DNA of 55,392 nucleotides, the filler included, from Barthelona sp. PAP020 (taxonomy: Eukaryota), in the NCBI GenBank assembly GCA_040182905.1. It is 2 parts of 2 records of this genome, joined end to end, with 100 filler letters (N's around TTAATTAATTAA, not from the genome) between each part and the next. Parts side by side here need not be neighbours in the genome. Positions count along the whole stretch, not along the records: positions 1 to 27,745 come from JARQWU010000129.1; positions 27,846 to 55,392 come from JARQWU010000130.1. The stretch is one strand, 5' to 3'. The first letter of the stretch is position 1. Each line of letters opens with the position of its first letter. Under the pieces are notes generated by a model. That model was not told the DNA's origin, did no database searches, and saw only the letters and a program-made list of their open reading frames with translations. Made by a program: the position numbers and the translations under genes. Shown one piece after another: positions 19,339 through 30,181 of the stretch.

Positions 19339-21870
19339 ATGAATAATATAGATTATTATACAACAATATTAAAAAAGATATCGAGAAATATAGAACCAAC
19401 ACAAGCAACAAAATATGTACAAAAAATAACCAAAGATTTTTTAAATGAAAATGATGAGATTAGAGAGATAATATTTAACACTTTTAAATTGTATCTTGAA
19501 AATACCAAGTCATACTACGGATATTATCAATTAGAAGTGTTTAAAATATTGGAATATACTTTGAAGGATAAAATTATAGGGTTTTCAGACAAAGCTAAGA
19601 ATTTAATTAATAAACTGTATGAATTATACGATAAATACTTTCGAAATGTCATGAAATTTAGTGCAAAAAATGAGAGTCACAATATTGAGTTTCATGATAC
19701 AGTAGGCTTATGGTTTCCCGAAATTTTGTCGAATAAACGCAAAGAATATTATCAAAAAATTGAAGAGCTAGCGTTGAACAATCTTGATGCAATTGAGCAT
19801 GTATTACCGAGCAATATTCGCAAGAAGTTGGAATTAGATTTGGTTAAATGTCAAGCAGATGTGATGTGGTATGCTTGTTATAAAGAAAATGTTGAAAAGA
19901 TATTGACAAAACATGATAATGTAAATTTGTCTTTGGAGAAATACTATGAGAATTGTTGTAGTAAAAATTTGCACAGTGATCGTTGGCAAAAAGAAGAATT
20001 ACTGCTTGAATTTCGTAAATTCAATGGTCTAGATTCCAATTCTGAAAAAGTCAGTGTAATCCCAATGGTAAAACATAATCTACAACAATTAACATTTGTC
20101 ATTGATTTAAAAGCTTTAACATTCACTCAAAGTTCCTTGATTGAAAAGAATAAAAAGATCAGTGAAATTGAAAAAGTTCATACAAATAATCTTAAACAAA
20201 GTATTGATATTGATGAATGTTTCAAAAGAATTAATACGTTATTTCAAAAATTAGACACATATTTTGCTGGAGATTCATTGAAAAAAAAAGACAGTATAAC
20301 CTTCAGTTCAGTATTCAGTTTTGATAACTCAAGGAACGATCATCAACCATACTTTTATGATTTAGATCACCAAAACGCTTTATCTTTTATCAATTCATAT
20401 GTTGAATCAAGAACAAATCCAACAGCAATGTGGGAAGAGCGTAACCGCATTCAACGACTATTTTTTAACAAGCTGGGATTTCTATACAATTATCCCGAGT
20501 TGAATGTTAGCTTACATAAATTTGAAACCCAAAACCATGTTCATAAAGGTTTCACAACATCTTCGAACTTTGTCCATCCAAAATATCACACAGAAGCCAT
20601 TAATTACATTTGGAAAAATCAACCTCATCTCTTTTTATTGAAAAAGACCATTGAATATATGACTAAGAATGAAGCAAGAATAGTTGTTGTGTCTGAAAAG
20701 CGTTTATATGAAACGCTATGTGATTTAATGGTGTTTGGATGGGCTAGATATATACCGATTGATAACATTTATTGTTGTACGAGTTCTTTTAAACAACAAA
20801 CAATTGATAACGTTATGAAAGGTCATTATGGTATTCATTCAAAAGGATTGATTTGGTTGAGTGAAAACCCTCGAATAATGGATGAATTAAAACAATATTT
20901 CGACATGTCAATCCCTAAACAGTGGTTTACATTCAATAACCTGTACATGATGCGAGATAACGTTAGACTCTTTCTCTTTAATAACCCTGATATTCTGAAA
21001 AATCAAGAGAAAGATTTCCATCTTGTTGAAGATGAAATGCCACATTCAAATTCTCATTCTGATTGGTCTGAATTTCCAATGAATTATCATTCATTCCAAT
21101 TTTCAAATTCTAGACATCCCCAACCAAATTATAAGCATTATCAACACACTCATCACAAATCTCAACAATTTCACAGAACCCCCTTTCAACAATATTCACA
21201 AAATCAAACTCAACCATATAATAATGAAACATACTATGATCAATATCAAAATCAACCCCGGTATACCAACGTTGAATATAATGACCAATTTGCTTCATAT
21301 GACATTGATCATCATCATCAACAACATCCACAACCTCATCATGTGCATGTTGAAGCTCAGCCAATGCAAAAAATACAAGAATATGCACCTGATGACATGC
21401 CAAACGAAAACTATCAGCAACCGTTGTTTAATCAAAACCAGTACGTTGATCCACATGTTATTCAACAAAACAACTACCCAAATCAAGACTATCAAAGACC
21501 AAATCGTATGAATCAACAACAACAGAGTCATTCAGTTCATCAACAAAATGTATATCATGCTCAACCTTATGATCAAGTTCAGTATCAAAATTACCCATCA
21601 CAGGGATCACAGGGATCACAACATGCTCAAGAATTACCATATCAACAACCAATGAATTATGTTCAAATGGGGTTTGATAATCTTAATAATCGATATACAC
21701 ACACACAACAAAACCATCAATTCTCCCAACATGATATGTATCAACAAAAACCTCCCTTCCATCACAAATCACAGGGGTTTTATGCAAAAAAAAGGGAGCC
21801 AAATATGTATCATCAAAATCAGCAGCACAATCAAGGAAACTATCATTACAACAAAAGAAAGTTTTATTAG
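19339..21870 (+). CDS. Protein with helical N-terminus, central degenerate Eyes-absent (EYA)-like HAD domain and Q/H/Y/N-rich C-terminal tail
   Basis: 843 aa ORF. [41 protein letters not shown] and [46 protein letters not shown] align in order with remembered EYA-domain blocks. Confidence 0.7.
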   Translation: [843 protein letters not shown]

Positions 21871-21949
21871 TGTGAGCAAATTTAAAAATACCTGCTGATA
21901 TGAATGTAGAAACATTCATGAAAAAGAAATAATTTAGCTTTTATTTTTA

Positions 21950-22492
21950 TCACAGCTTTAAAAGACTTCTTAAACAATTAAAAAGAATCTCATTATCATT
22001 CTGTGCATTTATTATCATTATTGGAACAGAAAGTGTTTTTGCAATCTCAAACAAACCATTACAAACAGTTTCATCATCAAAAAAATCATAAATATTGTTT
22101 TTTTCATTTTTATCAACATTGTCAATCAAATGAACATGTTTCAAAAGAGAATTAAAACTATTGAAATTTCGAATAGTATTTTCAACGTTTTGATAAAAAC
22201 TCCTTTCAAAACCATTCAAAATAAACATATTTAAATTATTAATTTCATCATTGAATGAAAGATTTAACAAAAATTTCAAATCAAAACAATCATGAAAAGT
22301 TTCAACAACTTTATTAACATTTTCATCAAATTCACATGTACAAAATATTACAATTTGATTATGCTCAGTTCTATATTGAAAAAATAAAAAATTATTGAAG
22401 ACAATTTCTTTTTCAAATAATAAAACATCTTCAAATAATGATTTAATTGAGGATTCATTACATATAACTCCAATAACAGAATTTAATTCCAT
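21950..22492 (-). CDS. Hypothetical protein (180 aa)
   Basis: ATG-initiated ORF with alpha/beta-like pattern filling the intergenic space; family not recognised. Confidence 0.7.
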   Translation of the reverse strand: MELNSVIGVICNESSIKSLFEDVLLFEKEIVFNNFLFFQYRTEHNQIVIFCTCEFDENVNKVVETFHDCFDLKFLLNLSFNDEINNLNMFILNGFERSFYQNVENTIRNFNSFNSLLKHVHLIDNVDKNEKNNIYDFFDDETVCNGLFEIAKTLSVPIMIINAQNDNEILFNCLRSLLKL

Positions 22493-22829
22493 TGATTATT
22501 TAAAAAAAAAACTATTGTGGGGTTATTCAAATCAAAATTCGTTATGCAATTTTGAATCACTCAATATTAAAGAACATTTTAGAATATTTTCTTTCAATAA
22601 TTATTACATGTATGAACAAAAATAACCAAAAAAACAAAACAAATAAAAAAAATTTGGGTCAAGAGAATGGATTCTTTCAAATTGGTTCATTTCTTTATTT
22701 TCACTGTTTAATAATCAAATAAATGATAGAAAAGCAACAAACAATTAATTGATTGTACTTTATTTTAAAAGAATACGAAATGATAAATTCTTTTTTTTTT
22801 GAGAAAAAACTCATTTAAAACGAAACTTT

Positions 22830-25800
22830 ATGACAAAAAATGTCCATGAAACCCATCTTCATTCATGGAAACGATCTGTAGAAAAGTCAAGATCAATTCC
22901 ATTGTCAAAAATCTTGCAAAATAATATTCAACCCAATTTGTCTAGTCATGTATATTGTTCTGCATATTTACATAATTTACCTATTCCTCCAAATCTTTTA
23001 AAAATGCATGAACATGAAGGAAAAGATGTTACTTATGCGTATAGCGCCAATTATACCTTTTATCATCCAAGAACAAAAAGTTTCTTTGGAACCACTCACC
23101 AAACCCCTTGGTTTAAAATTGATGTTGAGAATATTGAGAACAATCGTTTCAATCAAGCTATGCGTTATCCTGTTTTTTTTTCGTTTGATTCTGAAGTTTG
23201 CAATCATTCGTACCTTATAATTGAATTTTCTGTTGGTTATTTATATAATGGAGCTATTTTTGATGCTACATCTGCTGCGTTTGCAACTATTGAATTTGTC
23301 AAATCAAAATGCCTAAACTCCGTTGATGTTGATGAAGCTTTTGAGAATGATCAAAATATTGTGAAATATACGAAGTATTCGTTGTTAAAAGGATCACCTA
23401 GACATTTATTTTTCTCTCAAGAACCATTTAATGGATTCAATAGCCATGATAATGCAAGTGTTGTTGGGTATTTTTTAAGATATCCTGAATTGGACAGTTA
23501 TTCATTGGGAGACACTGTTTTACATGGCATGTGTGATAATGTCCCTGGAATTCCTGTAATTCCTTGTGATATTGAAGATAATGAATACATGTTACCATTT
23601 ATTGAATCTTGGTTTCCTGATGATGATGATGAAGAAGATATTGATCCTTGTTTGGTTCATAAATCGTTGATTCACACTTTTTATGACTTGCAACCCGTTA
23701 ACACAATGAAAGTTGTGTTAGATTTCTTCAGTTGCGATTCGGTAGACACTACCAAAATTGTTAAGGCCGTTTCTATGGGCTTACCTCCTGCAACAGTTGT
23801 TGAACCTGGTACAATACCAAAAGTCACCGGATTTAGATTGACTTTTATCCCACATAACGGTTGGAACGAAGTTGGAGAAACTTTTTTTTGTAATTTGACA
23901 CAAAGCAGCGATAAATTGAAGTTAAAACAAAAAGTTAATTTTGCTGAATATCCCTTGCATGAACATATGATGTTGTTTTTTGTGGTTCATTGTATTGTTC
24001 AAATAAATGTAGCCCAACCCAGCTTAAATAATACTGTAAATTATGACCCAATAAGTTTTCAGGTTCCTCTAGGGTATTCTATGATTTCTACTAAAACTTT
24101 AGCTGAAAGCAAATCAAATAAGATTAATAGCACGCTTGCATTATTTCATGACCCAATTCCTTTGTTAAATTCACCGGTATTTTCAGCAATTGATCCATTG
24201 ATAACAACTGTCAAGATGAAGTTTACTGTATCTTGTAATATCATAAAGGAAGAAGAAGATTCTGTTGATTTTGGTAGTTCTCTTGAGTTATCTTCTGCTT
24301 TAAAAGTTAATGGAGATGATGAACCGGAAAGTCTGTCTGAATCAATGATACTAGCAATGAAACCTTCTCAATTGCATTTAAATGAAGAAAAGAATAAAGA
24401 AAGAAAAAAGACTACTGTGGTTGATGAGACTAAGGTAGTGACTTCAACAAGTGAAAATGAGAACAACAAATTGAAACAGCAAAATCAGATTCAAAAGGTT
24501 CCTGAAATTCCTCCAACTGATAAACCCATTGAAATATCACTTATTGATAGAATGGAGAAAAAGATGACTGAAGAAGAACAAAATAAAATCAGTTTAAAAG
24601 AGAAAGAAATCCGTAAGCTTAAGGAACTTGAAGAATTAGCCCTCAATCAACAACGTTCAAAGCTTACTCAATCTCAATTATTGTGTGTTGAAGAACCTGC
24701 TCTTGATGAAGAGATGAGTTGTAATGGATTAAAGACCCCTCCAACAATGAGAACCAACATCATTCAAATTAATGAAGAACCAAATGAAATGCCTATTATG
24801 AAGGAAGAAATAAATTTGCAGTTCTTGACAATGCGCAAAACTGAACACTTTCCTTGCGGGCTAACGAAAGCATATTTTGTTTTTCAATTTTACACTTTCC
24901 CTTTAGTTGTGACACCAGTATGTAATTGTGCCAGTGAAACTGACGATTTGATACGAATTGAACCTAATCCTGATGAGATTTTAAATATCAAATTTCCATT
25001 TGATGCTAGGCTTTTTTCATTGGGCTATGAACGTGATGAAGCCATTTGGGAGTCGATGCGTTGGACTTCATATCTGAGTGACTATCCGATTTGGTTGGAG
25101 ATATACGATGGTATCTCGCATTTCCTTGTTGGAACAGGAAGCTTCACCCTAAAAGACCTTGTATCTAATGTAGCCACTGATCAACTTGTTAACATTAGAG
25201 GCTCCAGAGGACTAATGGCTGAACTTCATCTTACTGTTCACAGAGATAACACTACATTCTTTGAACCAATCTTGAAGCATGAGTTAACACCTTCCCATAT
25301 TGTACATGATCGAAACACCTTAGAAAATATACAAAAATTCATTGTTAAAGAGAATATCCTTGACTCTGAAGTTATTGATACAACTGGTATAAAAGCAGCA
25401 CAAGAAGAAAGCTTTATGGGCAACACCATTGACTATTCTCAAGTCAAACAAGCGTTAATTAATCAAAGGAGTTTTAACATTGTATTACGTCCCAGTATCT
25501 ATTCTTATGAATTATTTGAGGTCCAATTAACAAATCCAAATATTGAGCATTGTTTGCTTCGTATTACTGTTGAAGATCCATTGAAAGAAAAAGCGATTAC
25601 TATTTTGAATGATTTAAACCTTTGGAAAGATTTGAGAAAATTGAATGGATTTGCTGAAATAGATGCAGGGACCGAATTGGAAACAAATTTATTTTTTGAA
25701 AGAAATGGAATCTTTTATATTTTATTGCAACCTTCAGAAACTTTAATTATACCCTTTGTCTATCATTCAGATGCATGTTTAGATATGGTTCAATATCATG

Positions 25801-26579
25801 AGAAATTAATCCCACAAATAACTCCTTTACGTGCTGTAAAGATACCAACCACTTTGCATACTGCCCAAAAGTATCATGAAAAAAAATTAAAACATAGAGA
25901 AATCGTAATCAATGGATGCAATATCTTAAAGAATGAATTATTGTTCAAATGTAATATAAATATTAGACCTAAACGATCATTAAGTGTTGACTTTATTCGT
26001 ATACCTATAAAACTTGCAAAACCTTTTAAAAGAAGATACCAATTGTTGAATATCTTTGAATCAACAACAAATGAACCTAAAAATGTGAAATTAGAGACAA
26101 TTAACCCATTTCAAGTTGTTTGTGACAAGATTAATGAAAATTCTTTCGATTTGATTGTTGAAGGAGATACCAATTTCATTGGAAATCGGATAACCAAAAT
26201 TTTGGTCGGAATTGTTACAAAAAATCATTGTTCTAAATTTTTTACAGGAAATACTTTGCAACTGTATTTACAAACTTTACAATCTTACAAATTTAAAATT
26301 GTCGAGAATAATGAAGAAATTGTTTCAATTGATCTATTTGGTGGTTTAAAAACTGAAAATAATGTCATTGGTGTTTCTGATTCACCTTTTATTGATTTAG
26401 TTGACCGTAGTTTTAAACTGAATTCTAAAACATCTAATAACATCAAAATAAAAATAAATGCTACAAATTTATCCCATGAAAAATTCCCAAAAATTTCCTG
26501 TAGAATTAATTTCATCAGTTTGACAAAATGTGATGTCATCAATTCATGTTGGATAGATGTAAAGATTGTTAAATTATAA
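22830..26579 (+). CDS. NPHP4: Nephrocystin-4-like ciliary transition-zone protein
   Basis: YTFYHPRTKSFFGTT resembles the NPHP4 N-terminal C2 motif; also LLKGSPRHL, HNGW, FVFQFYTFP, IYDGISHFLVG, FEVQLTNP and LQPSETLIIPFVY. Confidence 0.85.
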   Translation: MTKNVHETHLHSWKRSVEKSRSIPLSKILQNNIQPNLSSHVYCSAYLHNLPIPPNLLKMHEHEGKDVTYAYSANYTFYHPRTKSFFGTTHQTPWFKIDVENIENNRFNQAMRYPVFFSFDSEVCNHSYLIIEFSVGYLYNGAIFDATSAAFATIEFVKSKCLNSVDVDEAFENDQNIVKYTKYSLLKGSPRHLFFSQEPFNGFNSHDNASVVGYFLRYPELDSYSLGDTVLHGMCDNVPGIPVIPCDIEDNEYMLPFIESWFPDDDDEEDIDPCLVHKSLIHTFYDLQPVNTMKVVLDFFSCDSVDTTKIVKAVSMGLPPATVVEPGTIPKVTGFRLTFIPHNGWNEVGETFFCNLTQSSDKLKLKQKVNFAEYPLHEHMMLFFVVHCIVQINVAQPSLNNTVNYDPISFQVPLGYSMISTKTLAESKSNKINSTLALFHDPIPLLNSPVFSAIDPLITTVKMKFTVSCNIIKEEEDSVDFGSSLELSSALKVNGDDEPESLSESMILAMKPSQLHLNEEKNKERKKTTVVDETKVVTSTSENENNKLKQQNQIQKVPEIPPTDKPIEISLIDRMEKKMTEEEQNKISLKEKEIRKLKELEELALNQQRSKLTQSQLLCVEEPALDEEMSCNGLKTPPTMRTNIIQINEEPNEMPIMKEEINLQFLTMRKTEHFPCGLTKAYFVFQFYTFPLVVTPVCNCASETDDLIRIEPNPDEILNIKFPFDARLFSLGYERDEAIWESMRWTSYLSDYPIWLEIYDGISHFLVGTGSFTLKDLVSNVATDQLVNIRGSRGLMAELHLTVHRDNTTFFEPILKHELTPSHIVHDRNTLENIQKFIVKENILDSEVIDTTGIKAAQEESFMGNTIDYSQVKQALINQRSFNIVLRPSIYSYELFEVQLTNPNIEHCLLRITVEDPLKEKAITILNDLNLWKDLRKLNGFAEIDAGTELETNLFFERNGIFYILLQPSETLIIPFVYHSDACLDMVQYHEKLIPQITPLRAVKIPTTLHTAQKYHEKKLKHREIVINGCNILKNELLFKCNINIRPKRSLSVDFIRIPIKLAKPFKRRYQLLNIFESTTNEPKNVKLETINPFQVVCDKINENSFDLIVEGDTNFIGNRITKILVGIVTKNHCSKFFTGNTLQLYLQTLQSYKFKIVENNEEIVSIDLFGGLKTENNVIGVSDSPFIDLVDRSFKLNSKTSNNIKIKINATNLSHEKFPKISCRINFISLTKCDVINSCWIDVKIVKL

Positions 26580-26737
26580 AGATATCTTGTATTTCTTTTT
26601 CAATACTTTTATGTCCCTAAACATATAGATTCAGACTTTAGATCACTGAATACCTTTCAATTCTTCAAACCAATCAACTGAAACAACAAATTTCTTTTGG
26701 GAAGTCAATAAAGCATGCTTGATTTTTTCATCATTCT

Positions 26738-27745
26738 TTATTTTTCATCTTATACACACCTTTTCCAGAACTAACCTAAATCCGAGACTGGGAACCTCAA
26801 TTGATTAATAAATAATAAACCTTTATCTTTATTCTTTTCGGGTGTTCTTGTTAAAGGGGTAACGTATAACAGAGTGGTTTCAGCAATGAAAAGAAACATT
26901 CCACAAGGGTTGTCCAATAATAATTTTTGCCGTTATGAAGAGTGGGTTCAAGCACTCTTCTCAGGAATCAAATTCAAAGAGATCAAAAAAGAGGATGCTA
27001 ATGTTAAACTCCTTTATAATGAAGCTGTATCAATCCTCATAATAGTGTTGTATGTGGCTAACTTCCAAAGATAACCCCAGAAGATGCGTTACAAATAGAT
27101 GAAGATCTCACGCTCAATGGTTGTTGTGTCTGACTGACAAACACAATTGGTAAAGAAGAAGATTATGGTACAGTAGGGTATGAAAGTATATTATTCTTTG
27201 CTGAAGTAGAAAGAATAGGACAGGTATTGCTGTTCAAAGAAACGGCCAAAAACATTGTATTAGACTTATGAAGAGTGGGTTTAGGAGCTCTTAACTGGTA
27301 TCAAATTTAAGAAAACCAAAAAAGAGAATCTCAACATTCTTCAACATGTGGCTGCAAAGAGTATTTCCCTATAAGTCAAGCACACGCTCTGCTTTGGCAT
27401 CAGATATAGACCCCTTGATCTTCTGTTGAAAACAAACATCAAAGTATTCTTTCAAACCCAACAAAAGACATTTCACTCTTGTTCAAGTCATATATAAATG
27501 CACTTGAGATAATGCACTACCAAATGAAAGAATTATGATCGTTTAATAAATGAGAAGGTAAAACTTTGGAAATCACCATCTACTGATGAAAAAGAAATTA
27601 GTGACACAAAAACGATTTACACCACGCATAAAGCCATCAGATCCTCAAAGCTACATACTGCTAAATCTGTGGCCAAAACAGAGAATTCCAAAAAAGCACT
27701 TCTCATTGTTTCAGCGATCGATTGATATTTGGAGATATACATTTT
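26738..27745 (+). mobile_element. Decayed dispersed repeat, copy B (internally deleted and duplicated), truncated by the gap
   Basis: Colinear blocks match the reverse complement of copy A. The segment tatgaagagtgggtt...aaaaaagag occurs twice (from 26934 and from 27267). Confidence 0.75.
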
Positions 27746-27845
27746 NNNNNNNNNNNNNNNNNNNNNNNNNNNNNNNNNNNNNNNNNNNNTTAATTAATTA
27801 ANNNNNNNNNNNNNNNNNNNNNNNNNNNNNNNNNNNNNNNNNNNN
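27746..27845. other. Artificial contig spacer N44-TTAATTAATTAA-N44
   Basis: Symmetric N runs around a palindromic all-frame stop linker at 27790-27801. Confidence 0.95.
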
Positions 27846-27847
27846 GT

Positions 27848-27860
27848 TGCTCTTCCGATC
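27848..27860 (+). other. Illumina adapter remnant
   Basis: TGCTCTTCCGATC immediately after the gap matches the TruSeq adapter end (...TGCTCTTCCGATCT) except for the final T. Confidence 0.85.
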
Positions 27861-27988
27861 CAATTGGATTTGATGACGAAATTGAATATATATCGACGTT
27901 AAATCTTTGGTTGGTAATGGCCAATCCATAAAATAAGTGAATAAAAAATTTGCAATCATAATTTTATTGTTTACATCTTTTAAAAGAA

Positions 27989-30181
27989 ATGGATTTTCAA
28001 GTTTTTGATGATCCAAATGTGACTGTAGATGAAGTTTTAGATGAAGTTGAGACATATTTACCGATTTTAATTGATATTTTAAAAGAGAAAAGAGTTAATT
28101 TTCAGTATTGGTTATCTTCAAAAGAAAATTCTGAAGCAATTTTGACTAAAGTTATTAATAGCCTCTATGAAGTGTTTTTGGTTGATGATGAATTTTCTGA
28201 AGATGATGATTTATTAACAGAGAATAATATCAATTTTGTTGACATTATTTTGTTATTATTTGATTGTAGATATTTAGTTTCTATTGAATGTATGATTGAT
28301 TTTATACTTTTATTATGCGAAAATGGTAAAGGAATTGAATTATCAAAAAGAATAGAAAAAAGACAAGATGTTTTTAAATTTTGTTCATTGATTTCGTATT
28401 GTTTTAAATTTTATAAAAGTTTTGACAATTTTTCCAGGCATTTAAAACTTTTGAAATTAATCGACATCAATTCTTCTTATTTAGATATACCAGTATTGAA
28501 ATTACAAGGTAAAGGAAGTCCTGTTGATGATTCGACAACTAAATTATCTTTTGCTTTGATTCATTCGATCAGAGAGAATGAATTATCTGATAACGATTTA
28601 AATATCATCAGAACGAATATATTGGAAGTAAACGATGACATAATTAATGGAAAAATTGATATGTTAGATGATGATTATGGTGAAATTATCATTCAATTGC
28701 TCTTGTTGATCTTTTGTTTATCAAAATTTTTTAAAATATTTGAGTTTGAGCAAATTTACTCGTTAAATAAGAAAAAATTAAAAAAATTTGATAAGTGTAA
28801 GGTGCTTCTATTGGATACTTTATGTGCTGATGTCTGTGCTTGGAGAAAAGTTAATTTTCAACTTAGATTGAAGAATAAAGAAAAAAACTTTTATGCTTCT
28901 GTTTTTCCTGTACACAAGTTTTCTGAAATTAAAGATATAGAGAAACCATCATTTGATGCCAAGAGTTTGAAACCTTTAGAAGACTATAGCCTTCATGAAA
29001 AGGTTGGTTACAATCAAATTATAAATGAAGAAGTTCATACCACTTTTAATCATGTAAAATGGAGTGATTTTGACTACAACCTATTGATCGAATTGAATTA
29101 TCTTGCTGGATCTCGTCTTTGTGATAAGTTATTACAAACAAATGGTGATATTTCGTTTGATTATCTTAAAAAGAGATGTATTGAAGAGTTTGGAGTGAAA
29201 CGTTCCCAAATTTTTCAACATATGTATAATTTGCCAATAAAAATCCAAAATAATATGAAGCAATTTGATATGATTGGGTTATGGGATGATTTGGTCTTCA
29301 GAATAACAGAACATAATAAGAATTATGAAATTATTGAAAAAGTTAAAGAAGAACAAGAAGAAGTCCAAATTAAAGAAGAAGTCCAAATAAAAGAAAAAGT
29401 TGTTTCGTCAACTAGTGTTAAAACATCAATTAAAGCAGAACCTGAAATTAATGCTGATGAGATGGAAGAATATTTGGAGAAAGAAAATGATATTGACCAA
29501 CAAAAAAACATTTCTGTTCAAGGTCAAACTCAATTTCCAAAAAATTCCAAAGCTTCAGTGTCGTATTCAAAAGGTGATGAGAATAAGAGTTATCATTCCC
29601 GAAATAAGTTCGACAGCACCTCTTCACGAAGTCAATATCCAAAGGACAGACACAGAAATCCAAAGAAAACGTTTGAATATTCATCCAAGGATCAAAACTA
29701 TGAGAAGGATCATGAACATTCAAGAAATCGAGTTGATTATGGTTATGATGGTAGCAGAGATTCTCAACAATACAATAGATATGGTGACAGATATCATAAA
29801 GATCAAAGACCCTATGAACAACATCAACAATTTGCAAAACATCCAGCTAATTATTCTAAACAAGATTATTCACACAAAACTGATGATTCCAGAAGGAGAT
29901 ATCATCAAACAAGGGAGAATTATAGGGATAATAGAGATAATTACAGGGATAATAGAGATAATAGAGATAACAGAGATAACAGAGAGACTTTCAGAGAAAA
30001 TAGGGACAATTTTAGAGAAAGGGAAAATTATCGAGACAACCGAAACGCTCATAGAAATACTAGAGATAACAGAGATACCAGAGATCGGGATAATTATAAA
30101 TCAAATCGAGATTATTACAACAATAGAAAATTTCAAAATCAACCCTCAAATAGACCTCCTCCTTCTGGACCTTCTTCATAA
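27989..30181 (+). CDS. Hypothetical protein with helical N-terminus and R/D/N mixed-charge repeat tail
   Basis: 730 aa ORF; tail has tandem RDN/RDNY repeats encoded by agagataat-type 9-mers. Confidence 0.85.
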   Translation: MDFQVFDDPNVTVDEVLDEVETYLPILIDILKEKRVNFQYWLSSKENSEAILTKVINSLYEVFLVDDEFSEDDDLLTENNINFVDIILLLFDCRYLVSIECMIDFILLLCENGKGIELSKRIEKRQDVFKFCSLISYCFKFYKSFDNFSRHLKLLKLIDINSSYLDIPVLKLQGKGSPVDDSTTKLSFALIHSIRENELSDNDLNIIRTNILEVNDDIINGKIDMLDDDYGEIIIQLLLLIFCLSKFFKIFEFEQIYSLNKKKLKKFDKCKVLLLDTLCADVCAWRKVNFQLRLKNKEKNFYASVFPVHKFSEIKDIEKPSFDAKSLKPLEDYSLHEKVGYNQIINEEVHTTFNHVKWSDFDYNLLIELNYLAGSRLCDKLLQTNGDISFDYLKKRCIEEFGVKRSQIFQHMYNLPIKIQNNMKQFDMIGLWDDLVFRITEHNKNYEIIEKVKEEQEEVQIKEEVQIKEKVVSSTSVKTSIKAEPEINADEMEEYLEKENDIDQQKNISVQGQTQFPKNSKASVSYSKGDENKSYHSRNKFDSTSSRSQYPKDRHRNPKKTFEYSSKDQNYEKDHEHSRNRVDYGYDGSRDSQQYNRYGDRYHKDQRPYEQHQQFAKHPANYSKQDYSHKTDDSRRRYHQTRENYRDNRDNYRDNRDNRDNRDNRETFRENRDNFRERENYRDNRNAHRNTRDNRDTRDRDNYKSNRDYYNNRKFQNQPSNRPPPSGPSS

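Noticed and set aside
27586..28055. ORFs 27586-27801 and 27798-28055
   Set aside because: They run into the N spacer and stop in the artificial linker.
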